In this document: positions 38,764 through 51,200 of the stretch, in pieces | How positions within the stretch are numbered: the first letter of the stretch is position 1 | Layout of the letters: each line of letters begins with the position of its first letter | NCBI GenBank assembly: GCA_015680685.1 | Contig: MNCI01000271.1 | Location: 93,626-157,625 of the forward strand | Length of the DNA stretch: 64,000 nucleotides | Direction: 5' to 3' | Origin: Gnetum montanum | Taxonomy: Eukaryota > Plantae > Gnetophyta | Translations under genes and position numbers: made by a program | Notes under the pieces: generated by a model | The model's database searches: none | What the model saw: the letters and a program-made list of their open reading frames with translations, nothing else | What the model was told of the DNA's origin: nothing

Positions 38764-40433
38764 GTAGGCTTCTTAATTATTTCTGGTACCTTATGGGCCA
38801 TAGGCTGATTTATCTTTGAATAGGTAAAATGAATGAATGTTTTTATTTTGGAGCCAATGTGGAAGAAATCTATCTCTCATTTGTGTCAATATATTTCATG
38901 CTTTCTGTTTTGGCATTTTGGTTCATGTTTGCTAGTAGAAGAGGGACATCTGCACCCATCTGTGGATCTAGCATGACAAGATTCTTAGTTGCAGGACCTA
39001 CTGGCTAGACCTACCTCTTGCCCCTTTGCTAGTCTACGCTCCTCTTTTAACATGGGTGTTTTTGCGCTACTGGTAGGGGGATCATGGTTGTGTTGTTTCC
39101 CTCTATTGTGTTATGCCCTCCTTGTTGGGTTGAAGGATGGTTGTGTTCCTCTCCTCATTTGGGGAATGTTTCATTACGTGTTGCTCCTCCTTGGTTTCTT
39201 GTTTGTTCCCCGTTAAAGTCTCTTCAAGGATGACAAATGCATTCCCTCTTTGCAGTCAACTTCTAGGGTTAGAGCTTCTCATTTACTTGTTCAATATCCT
39301 TGGTATCTTAGAGGTGCACCTAGATGCACAATCCTCCTAGAATGATTCTGGATTGTTCGGTAATGATCTAATCTACATGAATTGGTTCCCTAAAGCCAGT
39401 GGTCACCTACTTTAACATGTCGATCTTCCTGAACTCTATTTGGATGTTCGGGACTCCTATTTGAATGGGTTAACGTCAAATAATTTGGAATCAGTTGTGC
39501 CCACGATTGCCTTTTAGCATGGGCTAGGCCTCTAGTTTCAAAGAATTAAGGACTATCCACCAGAATCTGGTCCTTGTCTTCCTCGATGTTGATATTGAAC
39601 TGGATTAAAACCCTGGTGAAGTGTTACAGGCTGAATACTGGTTGATTCCATTCTACTTATTTGAAACGTACTCACTAGCCTACCCAATCCTTTGTCTACA
39701 GCTAGCGGAGATAAACATACCGAACAAACTCTTCAGATACCTATGTTATGCAGCCGTGTAGATTTCATCCTAGACATGGTATTTGGTGACTTTACCATCG
39801 CGGTGGATTTGGAGAGTGGATGCCACCCCTCACCAAGTGCACTTTCAGTTGAATTGGTCATTCTCATACACCAATTCAGAGCCTCTTGAGCCCTTTCCTA
39901 TTTTATTTCTATATTGTATATATCTTTTATTTTATTTGGTACATATGTTGAAAATATTTTTCATTGAGTTTTTTGGATTACTTACAAATTTCATTAAGCT
40001 TTAATTAGCTTTGATTGTATTTTTTGAATCTTCCTACTATTTCCTAGCATTATGTAAAACTTGAAACCACCTGTCTTTATACCCCTGCAGTACATACGGC
40101 CTGTAAAGATGCAATTACATACTTTAAAACTTTAGTTCAAGCATTTAACAAATTTGAAAATAGCACATTGATTACTTGCAATTTTTCACTAAGCACGAAG
40201 GTCAATTTGTGTTCTTTATAGATACTTGAATGATGTGAAACATTTACTTGTACTTATTAAATCATTGTGCGAGTTTTCAGTATCCCTTAGGATGGAATTA
40301 ATGTGAAGCTTTATATTTAAAGTTTAAAAGGTTGGCAGTTGGTAAAGGAAACTAGCAAGTCAGAACATGTTAATGTAAATAATGGGATGTAACAACTTTG
40401 TAATGACTAGAAATTTTCTTTTCAATTTTATAG

Positions 40434-40501
40434 GAAAGCCAGCTGAAAGCAAAGTAGTTGTTTTACATCGAAATGAAGAAAAGAATTGTACGCTTGTGGA
40501 G
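40434..40501 (+). CDS. PUS5: RNA pseudouridine synthase 5-like, exon F
   Basis: tttatag acceptor, gtaatg donor; (G)KPAESKVVVLHRNEEKNCTLVE; phase 1 to phase 0. Confidence 0.9.
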
Positions 40502-40587
40502 GTAATGCTATTCATCTTATTTATATATTGAATTTTAGATATGATAGTTATTTGTTTTTCTGCTATTGTTATTGAAGTGGTATTGCA

Positions 40588-41890
40588 TATCATCATCATC
40601 ATTATCATCCTAGCCTTATCCCAACTACATGTGATCGACAATATGAATTCTTGCACACCATTTCCTTCTACTTAGAGCCAAATAAGCATTAATACCGAAA
40701 TTTTGAATGGTTTTCTTTATGCAAGCAATTCAAGTATGGTTTAGCCTACCTTTTTGTTGGTTCCTCTCAACTTTAAGAAAACAACATTTCCTAACAAGAG
40801 TTTTTTTTGGCCTTCTTAGTACATAACCAAACCATCTAAGACTTTCTTTAATCTTCCCATCTGTAGGTGCCACTCCCAAATTTCTTTTAATAAGAGAGGA
40901 GTTGATTTGATCTTTCCTAGTCACACCTAAAATCCACCTTAGCATACACCTTTGCCGCATGCACACATTGAGCTCCATGCTTGTTGATAAGTCAACATTC
41001 TCCACTACAAAGGATTGTAGGTTTGATAGAAGTTTTGTAGAACTTACCCTTCAACCTAGTAGGAATTCTTCTATGACAGAACACATTGCTAGCTTCCTAC
41101 TATTTCTTCCATCTTACTTCAAGGTTGTTTGATACACCATATTATTAAAATCACCATCCATTTGAACAAGAGATTCCAAGTTTTAATTTGCTTACAATGA
41201 GAAACTTCTTAGTTTTGGATTCTAATCTTTGTATATTCATTACTTGCTTTTCCATTGAAAGTGCGCTCTATGTATTCGATTTTACTTCTACTAATCCTTG
41301 ACCCTTTTGATTCTAGGGTGTTTTCCCAATTCTCCATTTTTGCTATCAGGATTTCCTTAGATTCATCTTCCTAAACAATATCATCAACAAAAGACATAGA
41401 CCAAGGGATGTTAGCTTGAATATCTTTGGTTAGCTCATCCATAATAATGTCAAACAAATAAGGGCTTAGAGTAGATCCTTGGTGTAAACTAACTTTCATA
41501 GGAAAGTCTAAAGTGTCTCCACAAATAGTGTGAACTCAAGTTGTTGCTCCATCATACATATCTTGAATGGTCTTTATTTAGCCGATTGAAACATCCTTCT
41601 CTTACACCTAAATGTTTTCATCAATTGTTGTAGCAAGAAGATAGTTTTCATGGTTGATCTTCCATGCATAAAACCAAACTGATTTTTACGAATTGTTAAT
41701 TTTTGCCTTATGCTTTGTTCAAACCTTTTCCTATTATTTCATGGTATGGATCATAAGCTTAATGCCTCTATAGTCCTCATTGTTTTGGATATATCCCTTG
41801 TTATTGTAGATGGGTACTATAGTGCTTCTACTCCAATAAATTTGTTTACCAAGTAGTCTTTGTATCTCCTATAGACTTTCATACCTTTAT
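40588..41890 (-). mobile_element. RTE-clade LINE, 5'-truncated
   Basis: Minus strand YRGIKLM.HTMK, HQGSTLSPYLF, CMLRWILGVTRKD, LRWFGYVLRRP; (cat)n tail at ~40590. Confidence 0.9.
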
Positions 41891-41899
41891 TGTTAAGGC

Positions 41900-41988
41900 T
41901 TGTGCGATTGGGGGGTTTTCTACCCCTTTTTTTTCCTTATTGTACATAGTTTGCATTAATACATTTCCCAAGTTTTTCTAAAAAAAAG
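41900..41988 (+). mobile_element. very short L1 LINE 3' tail
   Basis: gggggttttctacccc...ttgtacata...cattaatacat..ttttct plus A-tract matches the 3' end of LINE E at 54150-54230. Confidence 0.65.
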
Positions 41989-42143
41989 TGATAGTCTCTA
42001 TACCAGGGGCAATCATTGTTAAATAATTAAAATTCAGATTCTATGGAGTAGAGAACAAACAAAATCTCATGTGCTTGTGCAATATGGAAGGAAGAGAAAA
42101 CAATAAAATTTGATATGTACCAAGCTTGAACATCATAATGGAT

Positions 42144-45100
42144 CTTGGAAAATGATTGAGAGATTTTATTCCAAGAAGAAGATGTACAAATGTACACAAA
42201 ATTCATTGATCTAAATATGCAAAACCCTCCCATGACTCAATGATCACCTGCAACGTTTATCATGATCACCAAACACCTGCATAGTGCAACTCCTTACCAC
42301 ACTACCCCAAGTCCTCAACCCAAAGTCTCCACCCTTCTTCAAAAGGATGGGGGACCAAAATTAATGGCAACACCCCTTAATGACTAGGAACCCCCTCCCC
42401 CCATCAGCGAGACTGTGCCACTATCTGACTACATTTGGCCTCGAACCACTGTGTCCTGTAGTCTCAGCGAACTGCAACATGGACCCCAAACTCTCAGCGA
42501 TAGCTAAGGTCTCTGAAGCATCTATGCCAGCACTGCGGTGCAATTGATCCCAGCCCAAGCATCAGTCATTGGTTCTATGCTTTGAGCTGTGCTAGGCCCA
42601 TCTAGTGCTTTGTAATCATCGCTTCCATTCACCTGAGGTCCTTTAAGCATGACACATTCACTTCCCTTCGGGCCTCCTACCTCATGTCCTCCCACCAATG
42701 CTGCCATTGCGCGTGCTCCTCCAACTGTGCCTACTCGGCTGCCAAGCGACACTTTGTTGGTAGCCGTTCCTATGCCTGCTGCATGGTTGTGAACTGTTTC
42801 GCTTTTGCACCCTCCAACTTAGGGCCATGGTTGTTTTGTGCTTGCACCTTGGCTGTTTGCTTGTGTCGTCGCCTCCGTTGGTATTCGATTGTTGGTGCCG
42901 GGTGAGCAACTAGCACACCCCTGCGTCAAAGTGCAAGTATCACCCTTGGGTGCTACCCTGGCCGTTGCCTTCGAAGAGATTCCCAAAAAAAATGGGGCAG
43001 ATTAACAGGAAACCTTGTTGGAGGTGCTTGAGAAAGGTGAAATGCACTCCCACTAGTTTGTTTTGGGGGCGGGGGGTACCTAGACTGTACAAAATATTGC
43101 TCCACCAGGAGCGCTACATCCGTCTAGACCCTTTGTAATCTAGACTTCCGAATGTGCTCGCTAGTAGTCTTGGGAATGGGTCCTATGAAGAACTCCCTCG
43201 CATTAGTCTGTGCCCTTGCAATCGGTGCCACAATCTCCTCTGCATCCTCCACTCCAAGCGCAATAGCTAGCGCTTGCACCATGACCTTAATCCTCCTGCC
43301 CCTGTACTATGTAGCGTCTCCCACCCAGTTGTCATAGAATTGCTAAGTGGGCAAGTTTGGTTCACTTTCCAAGCATTTGAGCATCTCCACCCATCCCATC
43401 CTTTCAATCAATGTCCACACCTTAGGCAAACTGGAGAATTCCATCCATGATGGTTCAAAAAGCAGTCATTGTTCCATGGCCTATGTGGCCTCCCTCCACA
43501 GCACATGTGCTTCTCGAACCATCGTCGTGGCCGTAGGGACCGGCTGCCCCCGAAAAATTAGGGAATTCCTACATTTCCACAGGACCCACAACGTGGCAAG
43601 TTGTAATGAGTCCTTGTGGCACCCTGTGGTGGGAGAGAGATTTGCAGCCAACCACACCTCTTGAGAGAATCAACATCCATAAATAAGATGGTGCAATGTT
43701 TCGAACACCGCTAGCATGGACAGTTGGCTTCCAACCGAATCCCCCTCTCTTAATGTGGCCCTTACTGGTAGCGCCTTGTGTTTGAGCAACCAACTGAATG
43801 CCTTGACCTTCTCGAGGAGATGGTCTTTTCAGATCTCTACCCACCCCTCCTCTTGCAGGTACCAGAATTTAACTAGCTTCTTTGGGTGCTACCCCAATAA
43901 TCCAAGCTACTCCACCAGACCAGCATGGCGGCAAAAATTTTTCCAGAGCTAGGAGCAATTATGTTGAGCCTCCCATCTTCGACATTTCTACCACAAAATC
44001 TACACCCACGATGTTGCTCCGGCCATCTGCCCTTGTGCTTGTTTAGCAGTTGGTGTGTGCCCAAATCCATCTCATCTCCAAACTCGAGAATGCCAATGCC
44101 CCCCGCTAGTTTGGGGTGCGTTGTCACCATCCACAACACCAAATGCATCTTTCTGCCCCCTTTGCTGCCTAACCACACAAACTCCCTCACTATGTGATCA
44201 ATTTTTTTTACCACTGTGGCTAGTAGCATTGCCATAGATGCCGTAAACTGGGCAATTGCCATCAGAATTGTCGCATCCAGCACCATCTTCCCTTTCCTAG
44301 ACAGAAAATGGCTGGTCCAAAGTGTGGTCTGTTGCTGGACCAGCTCCAGCAATTCCTGCCAAGTCATTTGCCTATTCCAATCAAAAATAGGCATTCTTAG
44401 GTATGTGTCATGGGTTTGGCCTGGTAGAATGCCTAACGTCTGTATAATCTTGGCTTGCACCCTTCCATCTGTGTGTGTGAAATAAATGACAGACTTCCCT
44501 TTATTGACTTCGAGGCCTACCTCACGCTACATCCTCTCCATCGCCTGTAACAGAGCCGCAACTTGCGACACTGCAGCCCTGGAAAAAACCATTGTATCCT
44601 GCACATAGTGGGTTGCCACACTGTGTACCCCAACAACATGAAGTCCCTAAACACCTTCGATGAGGCAATAAACAGGAGTGGTGACAACAGATCACCTTGC
44701 CCCAATCCACACCCTATTCTAGCAAACTCGCATAGCCTCTCATCGATGTCAAGAGAGTAGCGACCACCTCGTTGCATTTGGATATAGAGATTGATGAACT
44801 TGACATCAAACCCCTTCTCCATTATTGCCGCTCGGAGTGCCACCCAGCTCACAATGTTGTAGGGCTTGGTGATGTCCAGTTTGAAGCACATGCTCGAAAA
44901 TTTGGCCACCTTAGCCGAGTGCAGGATCTCTTGCAAGAGCAACACTTGGTCTTGTAAATAACGTCCCTTAATGAACCCTGCCTTATGCTTCCCAACCAAT
45001 TTCTCCATTAGTGGTGCAAGGTGCCCAACTAGCATCTTGGAGAAAACCTACAGCAAAGTAGACCCCAATGGGTCAAAAATGCCCCAGTGATGATGGGTTA

Positions 45101-48023
45101 GGGACCTTGGGCAGCAACACTACTCTTGAACAGTTGATTGCCCTTCTAACTTGTTGCCAACTAAGCGTATTGTTGTATGTGTCCAACAAATTAGGTCCTA
45201 GGAGATCCTCATACTCCCTAAAAAATTCAATTGACCATCCATCTGGTCCTAGAGCCTTGTTGATTTGCATGGATTTCATAGCCCCCCGTAGCTCCTCCCG
45301 TGAGAAAGGACGTGGTAAATTAGAGTTATCAACATTTATAATGATCCTTGTGATTGGTAGGGAGCTAGGTTCTGTAGCCTGCCATCTCCATATGTCTTCC
45401 CAAAACTTCTGCAAGGTGTCCAGCTCCCTCCTGTGACTTTGTGGGCCTCCCCCACTGATGCCCTCTAGCAGATACTGGAGTTTGTTCTTGTGGGCCCTAT
45501 TGTGTTTGCTTGTGGCAAATAAGAATCGTGTATGCTTGTGCCCTTCCCGTAGCCAAGTCACCATCAACTACTGTCTCCAATAGCTCTCTTCCTCCCTATC
45601 AAGCTCCTGATGTTCCCTAAACAACTCTTGTTTTTCAATGTTCTAGGCAGCCCTTGTTTCTTGTAGCCTTTGGATCTTCTACAGCTCCTTTTGCACATGC
45701 TATTTGTACCCTCAAAAGCTGTACTTGTCATTTGATGCTTTGGCCTTGATGCCATTTTTTAAAGCCCATAGACCATCCCTCAGGAATTGTCGGGGCTCCT
45801 GCGCCCCAGTACAAGTTTTCTAGATTTTAGCCACCATTGGTTTCAACCAGGCTTTGTGTAACCAGGATTGCTCGAATTTGAAGGGCTGGGGCTCTTGACC
45901 CTCCTCCAACTAGAATTGGCACAAAATGGACCAGTGGTCCAATGCTTGTCTCACTCCTTTCCCTCCGTCGTGATGTTGTACTCTAGCATGAGGTGCTGGC
46001 TCACCCATATTCGATTGATCCTGGTCTAGACGCGATTAGGCCCCCGCCGACGGTTACTCCAAGTGAATTTACACCCTAGAATCTCTAGGTCAATCAACTC
46101 ATATTGATGAAGAAATTCAATGCATGCCTCGGCCCCCGGTGGATCAGTGCAATCATTTCCAAATTTCTCCTAGCAATAGGGCCTCTGGTTGAAATCCCCC
46201 AGTAGCATCCATCTAGCGGTATTGGGGATGACCCTAGCCACATGTCAGAGTTCTTGGACCCAGATCTTCCAATTTTGCACCCTATAAAAATTTGTTATCT
46301 AGAGATCCACTTGTGGCATGTAGACAGTTTGACTCTAATCAGATTCATCCACAAAGTTGATTGGGATTCTGGCTAGAATGGCCAAACCTCCTGCGTGGCC
46401 CCTACTAGGCACAATGTGGGTTGTCCATCCCTTCTAGATTAGCAACTTCCATTCGGTCCTTTGGACCTTTGTTTCTTGTAAACAGACCACCTCGCAACCT
46501 ACCTCCCTAACTATCATTCGTAGGGTATTTTGTTTGTATGGGGTACGTTAGCCCTGATAGTTTTAGGTGAGGATCTTCATAGAGATGTAGACACACATTG
46601 GTGATACACCTCTTGTAGCATTTGTTGCACCCCCAAATCTAGATCCAGTTGCATGGATTTCTTGTGCATTGTTGTCTTATCAGGCCGACCAATCTTGGTG
46701 TTCAGCCTGAGCACCTTCGCTCCGAGCATGCCCTTCGCTTGCTTGGGCTGTATGTCTTTCATTTTTGGCTTAGTAGAGCCCCATCCCATTGTAATCCATT
46801 CCCCCAATGGGGGTAATTGTAGCACTGAAGTCGGCAGCTCGATAACCTTTGGAGTCAACATAGTGTGAGGAAAGCCAGGGACCTTTGCCATCCCCCCATC
46901 CGTAGATGACCCCTTTGATTTGCCACATGCCAACAACGGGTATTCAACACCCTCCTCCACTTGAGGTGGCAGATCTTCCTTCATTAGTCGCTGTCCAGTC
47001 CTGCTTCCCACCGCGGTTTGGGGTTGTGGGTGTTTGTACTGTGGTCCTCCATTTCCCGTTGAGGACGACCCTACTTCCAGGTCTAGCCCATCCTACCCAC
47101 AAGACTCTAGCCCTAAGCAGCCTCGATTGGCCCTCAATAGTGTTTTGATTTTGAGTGCCTTTTCCCATAGATCTTACATCCTGGATGCTCCTCCTTGCAC
47201 ACTGTTGACAGGTTCTCAAATTTAATGCATATCTTTTCTTTCCTGCCAACAGTGTCTAGCATGACCTCCGCAACTCTATCCTTTGTGCTCAGTGATCTCC
47301 AAATGTAGAAACATGCATACGCCATTTGGTCCATGGACTTGGTAAATGCATCGAACTTAATAAAATCTCCAAATAGCCCTGCCAGAGACTTCAAAGACCC
47401 TAGTTCCTAGTATTCCAATGGAAAATCAAACAACTAGATCGAAATCGGTGCACGATTGAAGAGGCATTGATCTCAATGTGTGCTAGGTCTCCAGGGAGCT
47501 AGGGCTAGTCTATGGGCTCCATAGAACCACAGACCCCCTAGCAACACCCTGTCTGTTTCCTCCATTGTGGAAAAAGTGAGTAGTAGCCGATTGTTTGCTA
47601 GACTCTAAATGTGGACGTCCTCGAACCCCCAGGTCATGCGGACCCATTTTCAAATGAGGTCCGTATGCAACCTTACTCCCTCAGAAAGAAATTTCCCCAA
47701 CAGACTCCTCTCCAGTTCTTGCATGGCCTCCTTGGGTGGACGCCCAACCCTGACCCGCATGGCCGCTCCTTCCCTCGAGTAGGTGTCAAAATTGACACCA
47801 TTGCCCATCTGCGAGGGCCCTCTAATCTTTGTTGCTTGCACTTCGTCCTCAACAATCACCTGGCTATGCATGGGCTCGTCAATGATCTGGCTAGTCCTCC
47901 CACTCGTGACAGGCGTTGCTTCCGCTCCCATCACTGCTACCGCTCTCGCTTCGGTTGCCGCTCTTGCTCCCATCATTTCAGCCGTTGTTCCCTTAGAAAA
48001 CCCAAAACAAACTCCACCAATTC
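42144..48023 (-). mobile_element. full-length L1-clade LINE H (accessory domain and coiled coil, no J-domain)
   Basis: Perfect 15-bp TSD aacatcataatggat at 42129-42143 and 48024-48038; ORF1 from ~47976; ORF2 ATG at 46580 (MKILT...CLQETK, GPDGWS, QGDLLSP). Confidence 0.92.
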
Positions 48024-48248
48024 AACATCATAATGGATTAACATGGTATTGAACTTTGAAATCTTTGTTATTAAATTTTTCAAGCCTCTCATGTTTTCAC
48101 ATTGAGAGAAATGTAGGTTTGAACAAAGGACCATTTAACAATGAGTTGGGACATGACAACTCTCTTGAAAACCCCTCACAAAAAAGAGAATGCAAAAATG
48201 TTCAACAAAATAGAACTTGTGCATTTTACAAAGTTACAAAAAAATCAT

Positions 48249-51200
48249 GAGAAAGAAAACTCATGGGCGGAGGTAGTGAGGAGCCGGATGTGGGCAGTAG
48301 TGGCAAGGACCCAAGATTTGGAGGGTGGATGGACAAGGGGCCATTTGACCACCATGGTGATTCTGGGAGGGGAGCTAGGGGGACAATAGAGATGAGGGGG
48401 ACAAGGTTATGAAGGGCGAACGAGGGGTTTTTGTGTAGAAGGCTTCAATGGAGGAGGGCTGCAATGTTGGTGGTGGTCTAGGGATTGGCGGTAATGATTC
48501 TGTCTCTCATTCTAGAGGTGTGTTGTGGCTATAGGTGTGGGGTCCATTGCTAGATGGACTGCATATCATGGAGTTGCCTTATTGGAAAGTTCATCTCCTT
48601 TGGGGCTAGGTGGAGACTAGATTTGGTTAAGCATTGGGTCATAGCCTTGTAGGGGACAAGTGATGTGCAAGTTAGGCCGTTTGTTAGGGATCTCCTACTC
48701 TTTGTCTTTCAGAGTATGGAGGAGTGAGATCATGTTTTGTTGGGGGGACCATGGTTTTTCAGAGCTAGGGCTTTAGCCTTAACTCATTGGCAGCCTATAT
48801 CACATAGGGATCCCAATCTCTTCTCGAGGTCTCCCATTTAGTTCAATGTGTCGGGGGTGCCTTGGGAGCTTTGGACAGTTGAGTTCTTGAAGATGCTTGC
48901 AGGTCTCTTTGGCGAGTTCATCTCCTTTGACAAATTCATGGTGTTGAAGGAACAAATGGGTTACGGAGGATTTTGTGTTTGGAGGTCGTTATCCCCTAAT
49001 GATTTGTTGTGGGAGGTCATCTTGGATCTTTTGTTTGGGAAGGAAGAACTACATGTGGAATATATGAGAATGTTCCCTTGAACAAATAGGCCTTGGTCTA
49101 GAAGGGGGCCTCAATGTCTTGTGATATCTGTGGCAAGGACAACCACACCACTAAGGATTGTAGAGTTCACGCAGATGCATTTGGTCCTAAGAACAAACTG
49201 GATACATATGGTTGATTGTTGGTGGGGAAAAAGGGCCAAGTCTCCCTGGTTGTTTCTCTACTGGAACCTATTGTAGGGGGTTCTCGGCGTAGATCTAGTG
49301 CCAACCAATTGGGAAACATGCCTCCCCTTTGCCTCCTATTCTTGCTAGTACAAGTGTTCTGGTTGTCTACATGCCACCCCCTGGTGGGGAACTCCCACCT
49401 CTTGGGGGTTGGGTGTCGGCAATGCATGGTTTGACTTTGTCACCATTGGTGCTAGTTGCTTGCAAGATCCTAATGGAAGATGATCAAGGCTCTATGGTTT
49501 CCATAGGGTCCCAAAAGGTAAGGCGACTAATGGGACAAGAAACAAGAAATAAAAAGACACAATAGGATATTGATTTGGGATCTCAAGAGACCCTCAAAGG
49601 GGTTTACAAAAGGAGGTCTACCAGGAGACCATGAAGATCTTGTCATGGAATTGCATGGGACATGGTACCTCTTACAAACATACCTTGAAAGAATTAGTGC
49701 AAAATGAAGGTTGTGACGTGCTGTGCCTCCAAGAGACTAAACTCCGCACCATACATTGTGACTCTATGCATTGGTAGGATTGGCACTATACTTTATGGAT
49801 TGTTTTGGCAAGGCAACTTGGGGGTGTCGGCAGTGGCTAGCCATTGTCTCTTGCACATGTTTTAACATTGTTGGTGAATCTACTTGGAGCCTTATGGTGT
49901 TTTTGCTACCATGAGGAATCTGGATTACGAACTTTTATGGCCCCTAGAATTGGGTCTATTGGTTATAGTAGCTCCATAGGATTGTTGGGCATGTTTTGGA
50001 TCCTCGTGTATGGATGCTGATTGGAGACTTCAATCCATGCCTGTATGCTTGGGAAAAGATTGGGGGAGGCACCGAACCTCTATCGGGGAGTTAGGTGTTT
50101 GTGTAATTCTTCCAAACCTTTGACTTGGTTTACATAGATATCAAGGAATGCCTTTTCACCTAGAGCAATAGAATAAAAGGGTATGACTGGGTCATGTCCA
50201 GGATTGATAGGGTTTGGGTTAATATGGAAATTTTCCTTCACCATGAGGTCTTTGTTACTGGCCATGAGCAATGGGCATCCAATCACCAGGCTTTGATCTG
50301 TATAGTCCGCCAATTGGATAGACTTGGGTATGTTTTGTTTAGATTCGAATGGTCATGGCTAATGAAACATTGGCTGCATAAGTTGGTGACAGACATCTAG
50401 GGAGATTACCCTTGGTAGACTTACCTAAGGGATTTCGAGAAACATGGGCTTGCTCATCTCAAAAAGGAGATGAAGCATGCAAATGTTTGACAAATATTCT
50501 ATCACAAGTTCTCATATAGTGTTGTAGCAAAGACTACTTCGTATCTAGGCTAGATAGGAAGTTGAGGGATTGCTGGTGGAAGAGGAGCACGAGATCCTGG
50601 TCACTCTGCAACAACTATCAGAAGAAGAGTAGTAGTACTGGAGAGAGGATTCATGGGTTAGGTGGCTTAGGGAGGGTGACAAAAATACTCACTTCCTTTT
50701 TTGCAGTTGCTAAGGCTAACAATCAGTCAAAAAAGATTTGGAACGTCTTGTGGGTGGGGGAATCTCCTCCATGACATGCACATCGTCCAAGAGATGCAAA
50801 GGTATTGGTCCAAGATTTGGATTGGGGGAGAATCCTTCCCTATCTCTGTCCAAATTCCAAAGGTTGTCGGGGAGGATGATAACATGAGGCTCCTTCCACC
50901 CATCACTTGGCATGGATTATTTGATGTCATGGCCTTCGTTAAGAGTGGTAAGGCTCTGGGGTTGGATGGTTGGCCTATTGAGTTCTTTTGCAAATTGTTT
51001 GACATCTTCGGGAGAAATCTCTTGGATGCCTTCAATCTCATGTTGATGTAGGGACAAGTTAGGCATGAGATTAATTGCTCATGGATCGTGCTCATCCCAC
51101 CAAACTTACCAACTTCAGATCCATTGGAGTGTGCAATATGTTGCTTAGGCTATTCACCAAAATTCTGGTTAGACACCTCCAACTACTAATGTTGTCATTG

